A DNA stretch of 54,676 nt from Puniceicoccales bacterium. GTDB lineage: Bacteria > Verrucomicrobiota > Verrucomicrobiia > Opitutales > LL51. The notes under the pieces were generated by a model. That model was not told where the DNA came from. It saw only the letters and a list, made by a program, of their open reading frames with translations, and searched no databases. The position numbers were made by a program, and so were the translations under genes. Shown one piece after another: positions 1 to 10,164 of this stretch. Each line of letters starts with the position of its first letter. Within the stretch, counting starts at the first letter, position 1. The DNA is taken from contig JAITJQ010000078.1 of NCBI GenBank assembly GCA_031278845.1, forward strand, positions 1 through 54,676, in the 5' to 3' direction.

Positions 1-114
1 GTCCTTGAAGTCCGGAACAACGCTATTGATCAAAGACATGGCAATTTCCTCATTGCTCATGATATGCCGAAACGCCACATCTACTATTGGATTTGCATAG
101 CCATTTAACCCCAT
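1..114 (-). CDS. hypothetical protein, N-terminal fragment (continues past window start)
   Basis: Minus-strand ATG at 114-112 with in-frame stops just upstream. It reads MGLNGYANPIVDVAFRHIMSNEEIAMSLINSVVPDFKD to the window edge. No family recognised, and it is too short for the ORF track. Confidence 0.25.
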   Translation of the reverse strand, partial: MGLNGYANPIVDVAFRHIMSNEEIAMSLINSVVPDFKD

Positions 115-351
115 ATTGCTTGTACATTTTCATTAAAAATAATGCCTGGCCTGTCAAGGAAAAATATTATGAAAAGATAATAAACCAGGCATTGACAATT
201 AAAGATTGGACTTCCCACCCCACCTTCAAGTTGTTTTTATTATACTATGATATGCTTTCAGTTGTCAATGCCTATTTTTTTTGGCCAAAGGAAACATCCC
301 AGTAGACCAAATATCCGAGGTTTTAAACATTCTTTCAAAGGAACGACCGCA

Positions 352-942
352 CTACTCTCCGATCTGGAAACGGACGAAACGACCGACACGGATATTTTCA
401 CCGATAATCGCAATTGTCGCTGTGATATAATCGTTCACTGTTTTCTCCTGATCTTTGACAAAAGGCTGCTCTAAGAGGCAAATTTGCTGGTACCATTTGT
501 CCAACTTCCCTTCAACAATTTTATCAATGGCGTGTTGGGGTTTACCGAAGGCCTGCGCACTCGCAATCTCCCTTTCGTTGCTGATCACATCCGCAGGAAC
601 CGTTTCCCGGGAGGCATAGGACGGATTCGCCGCCGCAATATGCATACAAATATCGCGCGCTAATTTCTTGAATTCGGAATTTTTAGCGACAAAATCGGTC
701 TCGCAATTTAACTCCAGTAGCACACCAATACGCCCGCCACTGTGGATGTAGGACTCGATAATACCCTCATTTGCCGCGCGCCCCAGCTTCTTTGCCGCCG
801 TCGCTACGCCTTTTTTCTTCAGAATGGTCACCGCTTCTTCAAAATTACCATCCGCTTCGACGAGCGCATTTTTACAATCTACGAACCCTGCTCCCGTACT
901 ATTCCGCAGCTCACTCACTAATTTCGCACTAATTTCTACCAT
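352..942 (-). CDS. tsf: translation elongation factor Ts (short, ~196-aa form)
   Basis: N-terminal LRNSTGAGFVDCKNAL UBA-like motif and a CETDFVAKN core. It sits immediately downstream of rpsB, as in the conserved rpsB-tsf pair. Confidence 0.93.
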   Translation of the reverse strand: MVEISAKLVSELRNSTGAGFVDCKNALVEADGNFEEAVTILKKKGVATAAKKLGRAANEGIIESYIHSGGRIGVLLELNCETDFVAKNSEFKKLARDICMHIAAANPSYASRETVPADVISNEREIASAQAFGKPQHAIDKIVEGKLDKWYQQICLLEQPFVKDQEKTVNDYITATIAIIGENIRVGRFVRFQIGE

Positions 943-951
943 TTTCTACTC

Positions 952-1881
952 CTATTCCGTTGTTTCCGAAGATTTTTCCTCCACCTTTTCCTTAACTTTT
1001 TCTTCTACCTTTTTCGTTGTACGCCTTCGTTGAGTCACGGTAGGTTTTTCGCGGCTCGCGATCGCAGCTTCTTCGTCCTTATCCGTTACCTTAGCCGCTT
1101 CAATCTCGAGGGCCGCATCCATCGTTACCGCACCATGACTAGTAATTTCTTCATTCGAAATAATTTTTTTACGTCTCTTATTATCCGCCTGCTTCAGATC
1201 GTTGGCCACTAGACCAACCTGAATCGCTTCCGAAACCGTTTCGAGAATGATTCTTATGGATTTCGTCGAATCGTCATTCGCGGGAATGGGATAATTGACG
1301 CAGGTGGGATCGGAATTGGTATCGACAATTGCGACGATCGGAATATGTAAGTGATTGGCTTCCATGACGGCGATATCCTCATAATTCACATCGACCACAA
1401 ACAGCGCATCGGGAAGATCGTTTACCTCTAGCATCCCCTCAAAACCGCGATGCATGCGAACCATTTGGTGACGAATAACCGAAGCCTCCTTCTTAAGCAT
1501 CGTCGCTAGTGTACCGTCCGCTTCCATGGCTAAGAATCGACGATATTTATTCAAACTGCGCTTCACAGTTTCAAAATTCGTTAAACATCCACCGAGCCAG
1601 CGATTGACACAGAACGGCATCCCTAAACCCGTCGCTACCTCGCGAACAATCTCCTGCGCCTGTCTTTTCGTTGCGACGAACAGAATCTTCTGCCCCTTAC
1701 CCGCTAATTCCTGTAAAAACACACAGGCCTGATCCAATTGCTTGTACGTTTTTTCAAGATCGATGATCGAAATACCGTTCCTATGGTCATAAATAAATGC
1801 TTTGGATTTGGGATTCCAACGCCGTTTCTGGTGCCCGAGATGAACACCCGCCTCAAATAAATCACTAATGGTAATATTCAT
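952..1881 (-). CDS. rpsB: 30S ribosomal protein S2 with Lys/Glu-rich C-terminal extension
   Basis: MNITISDLFEAGVHLGHQKRRWNPK is the canonical S2 N-terminus, so I take the start at Met19 of the 327-aa ORF (ORF maximum 1935). The tail KKVEEKVKEKVEEK is low-complexity. Confidence 0.93.
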   Translation of the reverse strand: MNITISDLFEAGVHLGHQKRRWNPKSKAFIYDHRNGISIIDLEKTYKQLDQACVFLQELAGKGQKILFVATKRQAQEIVREVATGLGMPFCVNRWLGGCLTNFETVKRSLNKYRRFLAMEADGTLATMLKKEASVIRHQMVRMHRGFEGMLEVNDLPDALFVVDVNYEDIAVMEANHLHIPIVAIVDTNSDPTCVNYPIPANDDSTKSIRIILETVSEAIQVGLVANDLKQADNKRRKKIISNEEITSHGAVTMDAALEIEAAKVTDKDEEAAIASREKPTVTQRRRTTKKVEEKVKEKVEEKSSETTE

Positions 1882-2032
1882 GATAGAACTCCGTACCCAC
1901 GATGCAGATACCTCGATCATAGAAACCGGATTCAATCCAGCTTCCGCAATTCATCGACGATACCAAACACCGCAAGCCTAGGATAAAATTTAACTGTGCC
2001 TCCATACTCTTCCGTTTTTTCACAATTTCAAG

Positions 2033-2965
2033 CTATTTTTTAGAAATTTCGCCATAAATTTTCCGTAAAACATTTTGTGGCGTTGAAGTTCCAGCCGTAA
2101 TGCCGATTTTTCGGTAGGGACTGAGGTCAATTTCAGCTAGATTTTTAGCATTTTCGATCCAGAAAACTGCCATTATTTTCTGTTTTATTTTCTCGTACAA
2201 GCGCTTTGTATTGGCAGAATGTTTCCCGCCGACAACGATCACCGCATCGCAATTTTCTAGCATTCGAAGGCCACGTTGACGTTGCTTCGTTGCTCCGCAA
2301 ATCGTATCAAAAATTTCAATAGGAAAGTTTTTTTGGTCACATAAATTCTTTGCCGCCTCCAAAAAATCTACATCCAACGTTGACTGGCAAACGAGAATCC
2401 AAGTGTTCATTTCGCCAGAATTTGTGTATTTATCCCCTGAAATACTTTCACTTATCCGGTCTTTTTGCGGTACGGCATCGATCAATTGCGCGAATTCGGC
2501 AAGATTTTCGCACACATGAATATTTTTGGAATAACCGCATAACCCTTCGACTTCTGCGTGATCGCGATCGCCCAAAAGGATGATGGGGTGACCGCTATGG
2601 GCCCCGATAATTTTTGCGATACGTCCCACAAGTGGACAGGTGCAATCCATAATCTCGCAGCCCAAACGCTCCAGATAGAATCGGCGTTGCGGCGAAATCC
2701 CATGGGCCCGAATGATGATTATATCTTCCGGGCAAACTTTTGAATGCTCCTCCAAAAGCTGGACGCCCTGTGCGCGCAACTGATTCCCCACTTCCCGATT
2801 GTGTACCAATTCTCCATCTAGAAAGATGTGGCCGTTTTTTCTATTTTTAGCAATATGAAGTGCTTTTTCTACGGCAACCTCTACGCCATGGCAAAATCCA
2901 GCTCCCGGTGCAATAATGACTTCGTAACTTCTGTTCACCCTATTCAAATTGGATACGGTCGCCAT
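2033..2965 (-). CDS. ispH: 4-hydroxy-3-methylbut-2-enyl diphosphate reductase
   Basis: IspH/LytB pattern: GFCHGVEVAV near the N-terminus, a conserved Cys in DCTCPLV, and a C-terminal GITAGTSTP. Start uncertain: ATG 2965 overlaps the fabD stop, and GTG 2938 directly after the fabD stop is an alternative. Confidence 0.88.
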   Translation of the reverse strand: MATVSNLNRVNRSYEVIIAPGAGFCHGVEVAVEKALHIAKNRKNGHIFLDGELVHNREVGNQLRAQGVQLLEEHSKVCPEDIIIIRAHGISPQRRFYLERLGCEIMDCTCPLVGRIAKIIGAHSGHPIILLGDRDHAEVEGLCGYSKNIHVCENLAEFAQLIDAVPQKDRISESISGDKYTNSGEMNTWILVCQSTLDVDFLEAAKNLCDQKNFPIEIFDTICGATKQRQRGLRMLENCDAVIVVGGKHSANTKRLYEKIKQKIMAVFWIENAKNLAEIDLSPYRKIGITAGTSTPQNVLRKIYGEISKK

Positions 2966-3854
2966 AGGCACCGAATGGCAATACCCGAAACGTATCGTCG
3001 ATTCGTTTCGCCATATTGACCAGCGTTTTACCGCTTCCACACTGGTAAAAATGGGTAATACCTTCCCGCTTTGCCGTATTCATACAATCCCACCAGCGCA
3101 CCGGAGAGACAATTTGTTGGATTAATAGCTTCTTAATTGCTTCCGGATCCGACACAATTTCTCCCGTCACGTTACTGACGACCTTCATTTTCGGAGTTTT
3201 AAAGGGTATCGCCTGCAAAAATTCCGCAAATCGATGACGCGCCGGCTCCATTAGCGAACTGTGAAACGCTCCGGCAACGTTTAAAATCATCGTTTTTCCG
3301 CCCGTTATTTCCGTCGCCATTTCAGTAGCGCGCTGTATTTTATCCCGCTCACCGGATAGAACAATTTGTCCCGGTCCGTTGATGTTTGACATTTCTACGC
3401 CACATAAATCGCACAATTTCTTTACCGAATCGACCGTTGCACCCAAAACGGAAACCATGCCGCCATTCCTCATTGCACAGTCATCTTGGATAAAATCCCC
3501 TCTATTTTGAACGATTGCTACGCCCATTTCAAAGTCGAATACTTCTGCGATGGCGAGCGCCGTTACTTCGCCGATACTCAGGCCCATAGCGAGTTCAAAT
3601 CGATTTTGACCGACCAGTTCCTGCAAAACTTTAGCCGCTGCAAACTGGTGTACAAAGAGGGCCGGCTGGCAGTAACGGCTCTCCGTCAGCTGCTCAATAG
3701 GACCTTCGAAACACAATTGCTCCAGATCATACCCGAGAATATCGCCCGCTTCCCGGAACAATTTCCCTGCCATTTTGTAATGTTCCGCAAGCGATCGTCC
3801 CATACCAACCGTCTGCGTCCCCTGTCCCGGAAAGATTAGACCAACCGCTTCCAT
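2940..3854 (-). CDS. fabD: malonyl-CoA:ACP transacylase
   Basis: N-terminal FPGQGTQTVGMG, nucleophile elbow GLSIGE (a variant of GHSLGE), and GAFHSSLM. Confidence 0.88.
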   Translation of the reverse strand: MEAVGLIFPGQGTQTVGMGRSLAEHYKMAGKLFREAGDILGYDLEQLCFEGPIEQLTESRYCQPALFVHQFAAAKVLQELVGQNRFELAMGLSIGEVTALAIAEVFDFEMGVAIVQNRGDFIQDDCAMRNGGMVSVLGATVDSVKKLCDLCGVEMSNINGPGQIVLSGERDKIQRATEMATEITGGKTMILNVAGAFHSSLMEPARHRFAEFLQAIPFKTPKMKVVSNVTGEIVSDPEAIKKLLIQQIVSPVRWWDCMNTAKREGITHFYQCGSGKTLVNMAKRIDDTFRVLPFGAYGDRIQFE

Positions 3855-4013
3855 TGGAATCCGTCCTTCTTAATGCAAATCCATAAAAAGTCTAGTTCTT
3901 CTTTAAACACCCTTCACCTTAGAAATCCCATTCGCAGATCACAAAACAAGAAGAGCACCGAAAACCGGCACCCTTCCATTATGAAAACATAGACAAAAAA
4001 CAAAACAAAAAAA

Positions 4014-4412
4014 CTAACGCTTAGAGAATTGAAATCGCTTCCTCGCTCCGGGCTGTCCAGGCTTCTTGCGCTCCTTCTTACGGCCATCGCGTGTGAGATA
4101 ACCCGCTTTTTTTAATGCGGCCCTCAAACCAATATCCATCTCGCAGAGCGCCCGCGCTATACCAAGACGAATCGCTCCCGCTTGACCCAATACACCACCA
4201 CCAAAAACATTGACGCGCACATTAACTTTCCCCTCCATACTAGATACTTTTAACGGAGAGAGAACCGTCTTTTGCGTCACCTCCTGACGACAATATTCCT
4301 CAAATGACTTTCCATTAACAACGACCTCACCTGCGCCATTCGAAATCCTAACCCGCGCCACAGAAGTCTTACGCCGTCCTGTCCCTAAAAATTCTGCTAA
4401 ATCCTCACTCAT
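4014..4412 (-). CDS. rpsI: 30S ribosomal protein S9
   Basis: GTGRRKTSVARV near the N-terminus and a basic C-terminus ending ARKRFQFSKR. It follows rplM. Confidence 0.95.
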   Translation of the reverse strand: MSEDLAEFLGTGRRKTSVARVRISNGAGEVVVNGKSFEEYCRQEVTQKTVLSPLKVSSMEGKVNVRVNVFGGGVLGQAGAIRLGIARALCEMDIGLRAALKKAGYLTRDGRKKERKKPGQPGARKRFQFSKR

Positions 4413-4421
4413 GATCTCATA

Positions 4422-4853
4422 CTATATGGTTAATGGCTTAGGCTGTTGGGCGGTATGCGGATGTTCCGCACCTGCGTACACTTTCAATTTGCGAATCATC
4501 GCATTGGCAAGACGATTTTTCTGTAGCATTCCCTTCACCGCATGCTCAATGATAAATTCCGGATGCCGCTTCCGCATCTTGCCCAATGACATGCGCCGCT
4601 CATTCCCCACATACATCGAATAAAACATATACTCTTTATCTTCCTCTTTCTTGCCCGTTACTTTTACTTTATCCGCATTGATGACAATCACAAAATCACC
4701 ATTATCCACATGGGGCGTAAACGTCGCCTTGTCCTTCCCACGTAACACATCCGCAACTTTAACTGCCAATTTGCCCAATACAACGCCCGCCGCATCTACA
4801 ATCCGCCACGCCTTATTCTGGGCGTCCTCTTTTCTCACTAAAGTTGTCTTCAT
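4422..4853 (-). CDS. rplM: 50S ribosomal protein L13
   Basis: WRIVDAAGVVLGKLAVKVADVLRGK is the L13 signature. Start taken at Met17 (MKTTLVRKED) of the 159-aa ORF. Confidence 0.93.
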   Translation of the reverse strand: MKTTLVRKEDAQNKAWRIVDAAGVVLGKLAVKVADVLRGKDKATFTPHVDNGDFVIVINADKVKVTGKKEEDKEYMFYSMYVGNERRMSLGKMRKRHPEFIIEHAVKGMLQKNRLANAMIRKLKVYAGAEHPHTAQQPKPLTI

Positions 4854-4977
4854 GGGATACCTAACTTCGCTAAACTCTAGAGCCCTAAAACCCCTTGTCA
4901 AACTTTTTTATTAAAAAATTTTAGTCACCTCACCTAAAAGCATTTTAACCGATTGCTTTCCTCGGTTATCCCATCGC

Positions 4978-6357
4978 TTACCCATTCAACAGTGAAACGC
5001 CCATTCTGAGAAAAACAAAGGTCGAAATGGGTTCCAAAATGGCGGTTAAAATGATCGTTGAACTGTTAGCCGGATCCAGTTTCATCTTTTTAAGAAAAAT
5101 CGGCACAAAGGCTCCCAGTACCCCCGCTAAAACCATGTTAATCGTCAGCGAAGCGAAGACGAGTATGCCCATAATTTGATTATGCGTCCATATGATGGAT
5201 AATACACCAGCAGAAATACCAATAATAATGCCACTGATAAATCCTTTGCAAATCTCTTTCACGTAAATGCGCTTCACATCCGAAGGGAGTAGTTCGCCCA
5301 ATGCTAGCCCCCGAATCGCAATCGATAGCACCTGCGAAGCCGAATTATCACTTAAAATCGTGATTAAATTCAGAAATGCCGCCAGAACCGCACACTGTTG
5401 AATTTGATCCGAAAATTTCGAAATAACGCTGGTACTGATTGTCGAAAACAGTAAATTGACAAATAGCCAGGGAGTACGACGCCGAACGCTCGATAAAACG
5501 CCATCGGTAATGTGTTCATTGCTGCCCGCACCGTATAATTTTTGCATATCGGCCGTCGCCAATTCATGTAAAATATCGATGACGTCGTCATGGGTAATGA
5601 TACCGAGCAGACGCCCTTGACCATCGACAACGGGTAGCGTTTGCGCATGGGTTTCGGTCATCGTTAGGGCGACATCCTGCTTCGATTCATCCGGATTACA
5701 GACCGACGTCATATCGCGTTCCATGATATCGGCGATACTCTGTTGCGATTTCGCCCAGATGAGACTGCGTACCGTTGTCGCTCCAACCAGGCGTCGGCAA
5801 CTATCGACAACGTAGAGGATATCGCTATTTTCCGTTTCATTTTTTTCACGGCGGATATATTGGATTGCCTGGTCGACGGTCATCGTTTCGCGTAGCGTTG
5901 TGACATAGGGAGTCATAACGCCACCGGCCGTGTCGGGGTCATAGCGCATGAGATTACGCAATGTGGTTGCGAATTCCTTAGACAGTTTACCGAGGAGGCG
6001 TTCTCGGTCACGGATCTCGACATTTAGGAGGAGGTCAACGGCGTCATCGGGTTCGAGTTCCTCGAGAATTTTAATGGCACGGTTATCGCGCATTTCGCTA
6101 AGGATTGCGGCTGAATCGCAGGAATACATTTCAGCGAGAACGAGGGAAACATCCGAAGAGGAGAGTTTGCGGAGGATGAACTGTTGGTCATCGGAAGAGA
6201 GGCGTTCGAGGAAGGAACTAACGTCATAGGGTGAAGTATTGGAGAGTTTCGTGGGATCGATGGTATCGAGTCCACCGTCGACAAAACACATAAGCTCGTC
6301 AAGGGAATACTGTTCCAGTCGAATAGCAACGGTATGATTTTGAATGACATCGGGCAT
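4978..6357 (-). CDS. mgtE: magnesium transporter MgtE
   Basis: Acidic N-domain, a CBS pair (LPVVDGQGRLLGIITHDDVIDIL), and a C-terminal multi-TM domain ending in an MgtE-like helix bundle. Confidence 0.88.
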   Translation of the reverse strand: MPDVIQNHTVAIRLEQYSLDELMCFVDGGLDTIDPTKLSNTSPYDVSSFLERLSSDDQQFILRKLSSSDVSLVLAEMYSCDSAAILSEMRDNRAIKILEELEPDDAVDLLLNVEIRDRERLLGKLSKEFATTLRNLMRYDPDTAGGVMTPYVTTLRETMTVDQAIQYIRREKNETENSDILYVVDSCRRLVGATTVRSLIWAKSQQSIADIMERDMTSVCNPDESKQDVALTMTETHAQTLPVVDGQGRLLGIITHDDVIDILHELATADMQKLYGAGSNEHITDGVLSSVRRRTPWLFVNLLFSTISTSVISKFSDQIQQCAVLAAFLNLITILSDNSASQVLSIAIRGLALGELLPSDVKRIYVKEICKGFISGIIIGISAGVLSIIWTHNQIMGILVFASLTINMVLAGVLGAFVPIFLKKMKLDPANSSTIILTAILEPISTFVFLRMGVSLLNG

Positions 6358-6843
6358 TATATCACAATATAAAGGGTTAGCAAAAACTAGGCTTCTTATA
6401 TTTTGTGAAATGAGGGTAATGCAATAATAAATATTAGAATTTCGGAAAAAAGTTCAAATTTTGCGGAACAGAGGGTTGTTCCATGAAACTTGCGCAAGCG
6501 GATATTACGAGTTAATGTGGGGGTTTTTAGGGGGTAAAGGACAATGAATTGGTTATTATTTTTACAATTATTTTCGAAGAAATATTTTTAAAGTAACTTG
6601 ACAGCCACGTTTTTTTTTCCAAGGCTAGAAGGTAGAGGGTGGGAGCGAGCGGCATGTTCATAATTTAAAACCAAAATAACCCAAAAATGTTTTATTTCCA
6701 TGAACATCTAAAGTACCTCCGCCTCGAAAATCTAAACGCCAAAAACTATCTGCATCCCCCTAAAAAGCTTGACAGTAGTAAAGTACCTGAAAATGCTTAA
6801 ATCTCCGAACAATAATAGCTTCGGTTAGCAGTTAGCTTTAAAT

Positions 6844-8058
6844 ATGAGTTTTGACGTTTATACTTTTCGCCAGCAATTTCCAATTTTAAGTGGCCAAAAT
6901 CGCTTTGGCAAACCGCTAATTTACTTCGATAATGCCGCTACAACTCAGCTGCCAGAATGCGTCATCGAAGCCATGATACACCACTTGCGCACGTGTAATG
7001 CAAACGTACATCGCGGAATACATGATCTCGGCGCAAAAGCCGAAGAAGTCTACGAATCTACGCGTAAAATAATCGCCCGGTGGATCAATGCCCGCGAAAT
7101 ACGGGAAATTATCTTCAATTCGGGTACGACGGAAGGTCTCAATTTTCTAGCATCCCAATTCGCCTCGCTCACCCCAAAAGACGAAATTATCCTATTTATC
7201 CAGGAACACCACGCGAATATTCTCCCCTGGCAACGGCTTGCAGCAACCATTCGGGTCGTCAATATGACCGAATCGGGCGATTTCGATGGAGAAGATTTTG
7301 AACGTAAGCTTTCGGAACGTACGCGGATCGTTTCCATTGCACACGTTGGCAATGTTTTAGGGACAGTTAATCCGATTCCAAAAATTGCACAGATGGCCCA
7401 TGCGGTGGGAGCACTCTGTATCGTCGATGGCGCACAATCACTGAGTTACGGCCCAATCGATGTACAAGAAATGGGGTGCGATTTTTTCACCACCTCAGCG
7501 CATAAAGCCTTTGGACCGATGGGGATCGGATTTCTCTATGGACGTGCCGAATACCTCGAACGTTTTCAGCCATATCATTTAGGTGGCGGGATTATTGAGC
7601 GCGTCGCCTTCGATCAACCGGCCCTATTTCGCGAAATCCCAGCCCGTTTCGAAGCGGGGACGCCGAATGTCGTCGGAATCGCCGGGCTACGGGAAGTGGT
7701 TCGATTTCTCGAAAAAATCGATTGGTCCGCGGTACAGAATCACAGCGAGCAACTCAAGGGACGTATTTTTGAGATCTTGGAACAAAATCCTTCCATTGAA
7801 ATTTTAAAGCCAAGCAATCGACGGGCAGGGATTATTTCTTTCATTCACCGATCCGTTCATCCCCACGATGTGGCAAGTATTTTCGACAGCGAAGGAATTG
7901 CGGTCCGCGCAGGACACCACTGCGCACAACCACTCATGAAAGCGCTCAATATTAACGGAACGGTTCGCCTATCGCTTGCCCCCTATAACACAACGGAAGA
8001 GGTCGAACAGTTAGCGGTAGCACTCGACAAAATACCTCATATTTTGAAAGGAAAATAG
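6844..8058 (+). CDS. sufS: cysteine desulfurase, group II (SufS/CsdA type)
   Basis: PLP-lysine motif SAHKAFGPMGIG and catalytic-Cys motif RAGHHCAQPLM. No sufBCD genes are adjacent. Confidence 0.85.
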   Translation: MSFDVYTFRQQFPILSGQNRFGKPLIYFDNAATTQLPECVIEAMIHHLRTCNANVHRGIHDLGAKAEEVYESTRKIIARWINAREIREIIFNSGTTEGLNFLASQFASLTPKDEIILFIQEHHANILPWQRLAATIRVVNMTESGDFDGEDFERKLSERTRIVSIAHVGNVLGTVNPIPKIAQMAHAVGALCIVDGAQSLSYGPIDVQEMGCDFFTTSAHKAFGPMGIGFLYGRAEYLERFQPYHLGGGIIERVAFDQPALFREIPARFEAGTPNVVGIAGLREVVRFLEKIDWSAVQNHSEQLKGRIFEILEQNPSIEILKPSNRRAGIISFIHRSVHPHDVASIFDSEGIAVRAGHHCAQPLMKALNINGTVRLSLAPYNTTEEVEQLAVALDKIPHILKGK

Positions 8059-8159
8059 GAATAAAACTTCATTAATGTTGAATGTTTTATTTTTTCTCTT
8101 GACAAAATACTTTCTATAGCACATTTACTCCACATGTGTTGTAAGGTAAACATTGACAG

Positions 8160-8486
8160 CTAAAGACATGGGGATTTATCCATTGAAAGACAATCCACCG
8201 TCATCGCCGCTAGCCTGTCCGATACACATTGAGGATAGCATTTCTTAGTTACCTTCCGCATTTCCTTAATAGCAATTTGATGCGTATCTCCTTTAGAATC
8301 GGTAACTGTACCCGCTTGCACGACACCAAAACCACCTTTTCCCAGCTCCTTTCCTATAGTTACCGTCGCAGCTTTGTCCGCCTTTGATGCTTGCATCTTT
8401 AGTGTTTGGTCTGCCCTTTTAACAAAACTCGCCGTTGGAATACTCCTACCAAAAACTACATACTTTTTACTGCCCGTATTATTCAT
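8160..8486 (-). CDS. short protein carrying only Hanks-kinase subdomains I-II (kinase N-lobe fragment, possible gene remnant)
   Basis: GKELGKGGFGVVQAG (Gly-rich loop GxGxFGxV) followed by HQIAIKEM (the VAIK lysine motif), after which the ORF stops. AGGA lies 8 nt before the ATG at 8486. Confidence 0.4.
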   Translation of the reverse strand: MNNTGSKKYVVFGRSIPTASFVKRADQTLKMQASKADKAATVTIGKELGKGGFGVVQAGTVTDSKGDTHQIAIKEMRKVTKKCYPQCVSDRLAAMTVDCLSMDKSPCL

Positions 8487-8654
8487 AGTAGTTCCTGTTA
8501 TGTGAAAATAAAAAACAATCAATAAAATTTTACTTTAATGCGGAAAGTTTTTCAAAAAAAATACCACAGCTCAATAATGGCCACGTTGCGAAATAATGCA
8601 AAATGCCGCTTGACTTGGAGAAACAATATTAATAGGTATAGAAAATCGTAAGTT

Positions 8655-8909
8655 ATGGCCGAAAAATCAATCGATCAAAGAGTAAGGGAAGTAATCGTCA
8701 ATTCCCTCAATATCAGTGAAGAAAAAGTGACCGATAATGCATCGTTTCTAGACGACCTAGGAGCGGATTCCCTCGGAACTGTCGAACTCATGATGGCTTT
8801 CGAAGATGAATTCGAAAACGAAATCGAAGGCGGTATTCCCGAAACGGATGCCGAAAAATTACTCACCGTCAAAGACGTCATCGAATATATCAAAAGTCGC
8901 ATCGCATAA
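8655..8909 (+). CDS. acpP: acyl carrier protein
   Basis: LGADSLGTVELMMAFE phosphopantetheine-attachment motif, 84 aa, upstream of fabF. Confidence 0.95.
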   Translation: MAEKSIDQRVREVIVNSLNISEEKVTDNASFLDDLGADSLGTVELMMAFEDEFENEIEGGIPETDAEKLLTVKDVIEYIKSRIA

Positions 8910-8916
8910 TGAATGT

Positions 8917-10164
8917 ATGTCGGAATCACATCGTATCGTCGTTACGGGCTTGGGGAGTGTAACTTCGCTTGGACATACTGCCTCCACCCTTTGGGATAAC
9001 CTTATCGCAGGTAAAAGTGGAATCGAACGGATTGCTTCCTTCGATCCAGCAATTTATTCCTGTCAGGTCGGTGCAGAAGTGAAAAACTTCAATCCCGAAG
9101 ATTATATGGACGTAAAAGATGCCAAACGAAGCGATCGCTTTACCCATTTCGCTGTCGCCGCTACCCAAAATGCTATCCAAGATGCCGAGTTTGATCTTAA
9201 ACAATTCGATCCTTTCCGCGTCGGCGTCATTATCGGTTCGGGTATCGGCGGCATCGATACCATTCAAAAACAAACCGCACGCTTCCATAATCTCGGCGCA
9301 CTTAGGGTATCACCATTCATGATCCCATCCCTCATCTGTAACATGGCATCGGGGATCGTTGCCATTCAATATGGCTTCAAAGGCCCTAATTTCTCGGCCG
9401 TAACCGCATGTTCCTCCTCAGCCCATACCATCGGCGAAGCTTACCATATGCTTAAACTCGGAAAGGCAGATGCTATTTTCGCCGGAGGAAGCGAAGCGGC
9501 ACTCGTTGGACTCAGTTTTGCCGGATTTTGTATGATGAAGGCAATGTCAACCCACTTCAATGGCGAACCGGAACGGGCTAGTCGCCCCTTCGACGCCCAA
9601 CGGGATGGCTTTGTAATGGGCGAAGGAGCCGGAATCGTACTCCTCGAAACTTTGGAAAGTGCCCTGGCACGCAAAGCAAAAATTTACTGCGAGGTGATCG
9701 GATACGCAGCCAATTGCGACGCCTACCATATTACAAGCCCAGATCCAGAAGGTAGCGGGTTGGCCAATTGCCTAAAAAACTTGCTACACGAATCGGGACT
9801 GCAACCCACCGATGTGGACTACATCAATGCCCACGGTACGTCGACGGAAATGAATGATAAAACCGAAACATTCGCCATTAAACGTGTCTTTAAAGGGGAT
9901 GCAAAAAAAATAAAAATCAGCTCAACAAAAAGCATGACAGGGCATTTATTGGGAGCGGTAGGTGGAATCGAAGCGATTGTTTGTGCCAAAGTCATCGAAA
10001 CGGGCATCATACCCCCAACGATTAATTACGAAAATCCTGATCCGGAGTGCGATTTGGACTACGTCCCCAACCGAGCAATTCGGCAAAATGTAAACGTCGC
10101 GATCAGTGAAAATCTCGGGTTCGGAGGACATAACGCCGCATTGATGTTTAGAAAATATTCATGA
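8917..10164 (+). CDS. fabF: 3-oxoacyl-ACP synthase II
   Basis: The real start is MSESHRIVVTGLG at 8917; the longer ORF from 8806 overlaps acpP. Cys-His-His triad context: ACSSSAH, NAHGTST, GHLLGAVG. Confidence 0.92.
   Translation: MSESHRIVVTGLGSVTSLGHTASTLWDNLIAGKSGIERIASFDPAIYSCQVGAEVKNFNPEDYMDVKDAKRSDRFTHFAVAATQNAIQDAEFDLKQFDPFRVGVIIGSGIGGIDTIQKQTARFHNLGALRVSPFMIPSLICNMASGIVAIQYGFKGPNFSAVTACSSSAHTIGEAYHMLKLGKADAIFAGGSEAALVGLSFAGFCMMKAMSTHFNGEPERASRPFDAQRDGFVMGEGAGIVLLETLESALARKAKIYCEVIGYAANCDAYHITSPDPEGSGLANCLKNLLHESGLQPTDVDYINAHGTSTEMNDKTETFAIKRVFKGDAKKIKISSTKSMTGHLLGAVGGIEAIVCAKVIETGIIPPTINYENPDPECDLDYVPNRAIRQNVNVAISENLGFGGHNAALMFRKYS

Noticed and set aside
6358-6843. Possible M-box (Mg2+) riboswitch or other ncRNA in the 486-bp mgtE/sufS divergent spacer
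   Set aside because: I read the mgtE leader on the minus strand and could not recognise the M-box conserved core. Only short hairpins (GGAACA..TGTTCC) and a 10-bp palindrome, CTTGCGCAAG (6492-6501), are visible. An Infernal scan against Rfam would be needed.
8063-8095. Terminator between sufS and the kinase-fragment gene
   Set aside because: The AAAAC...GTTTT ends pair but the interior is mismatched. The hairpin is too weak to call.
8806-8916. Upstream extension of fabF overlapping acpP
   Set aside because: The extension overlaps the acpP coding sequence out of frame. The canonical KAS N-terminus (RIVVTGLG) begins right after the ATG at 8917.
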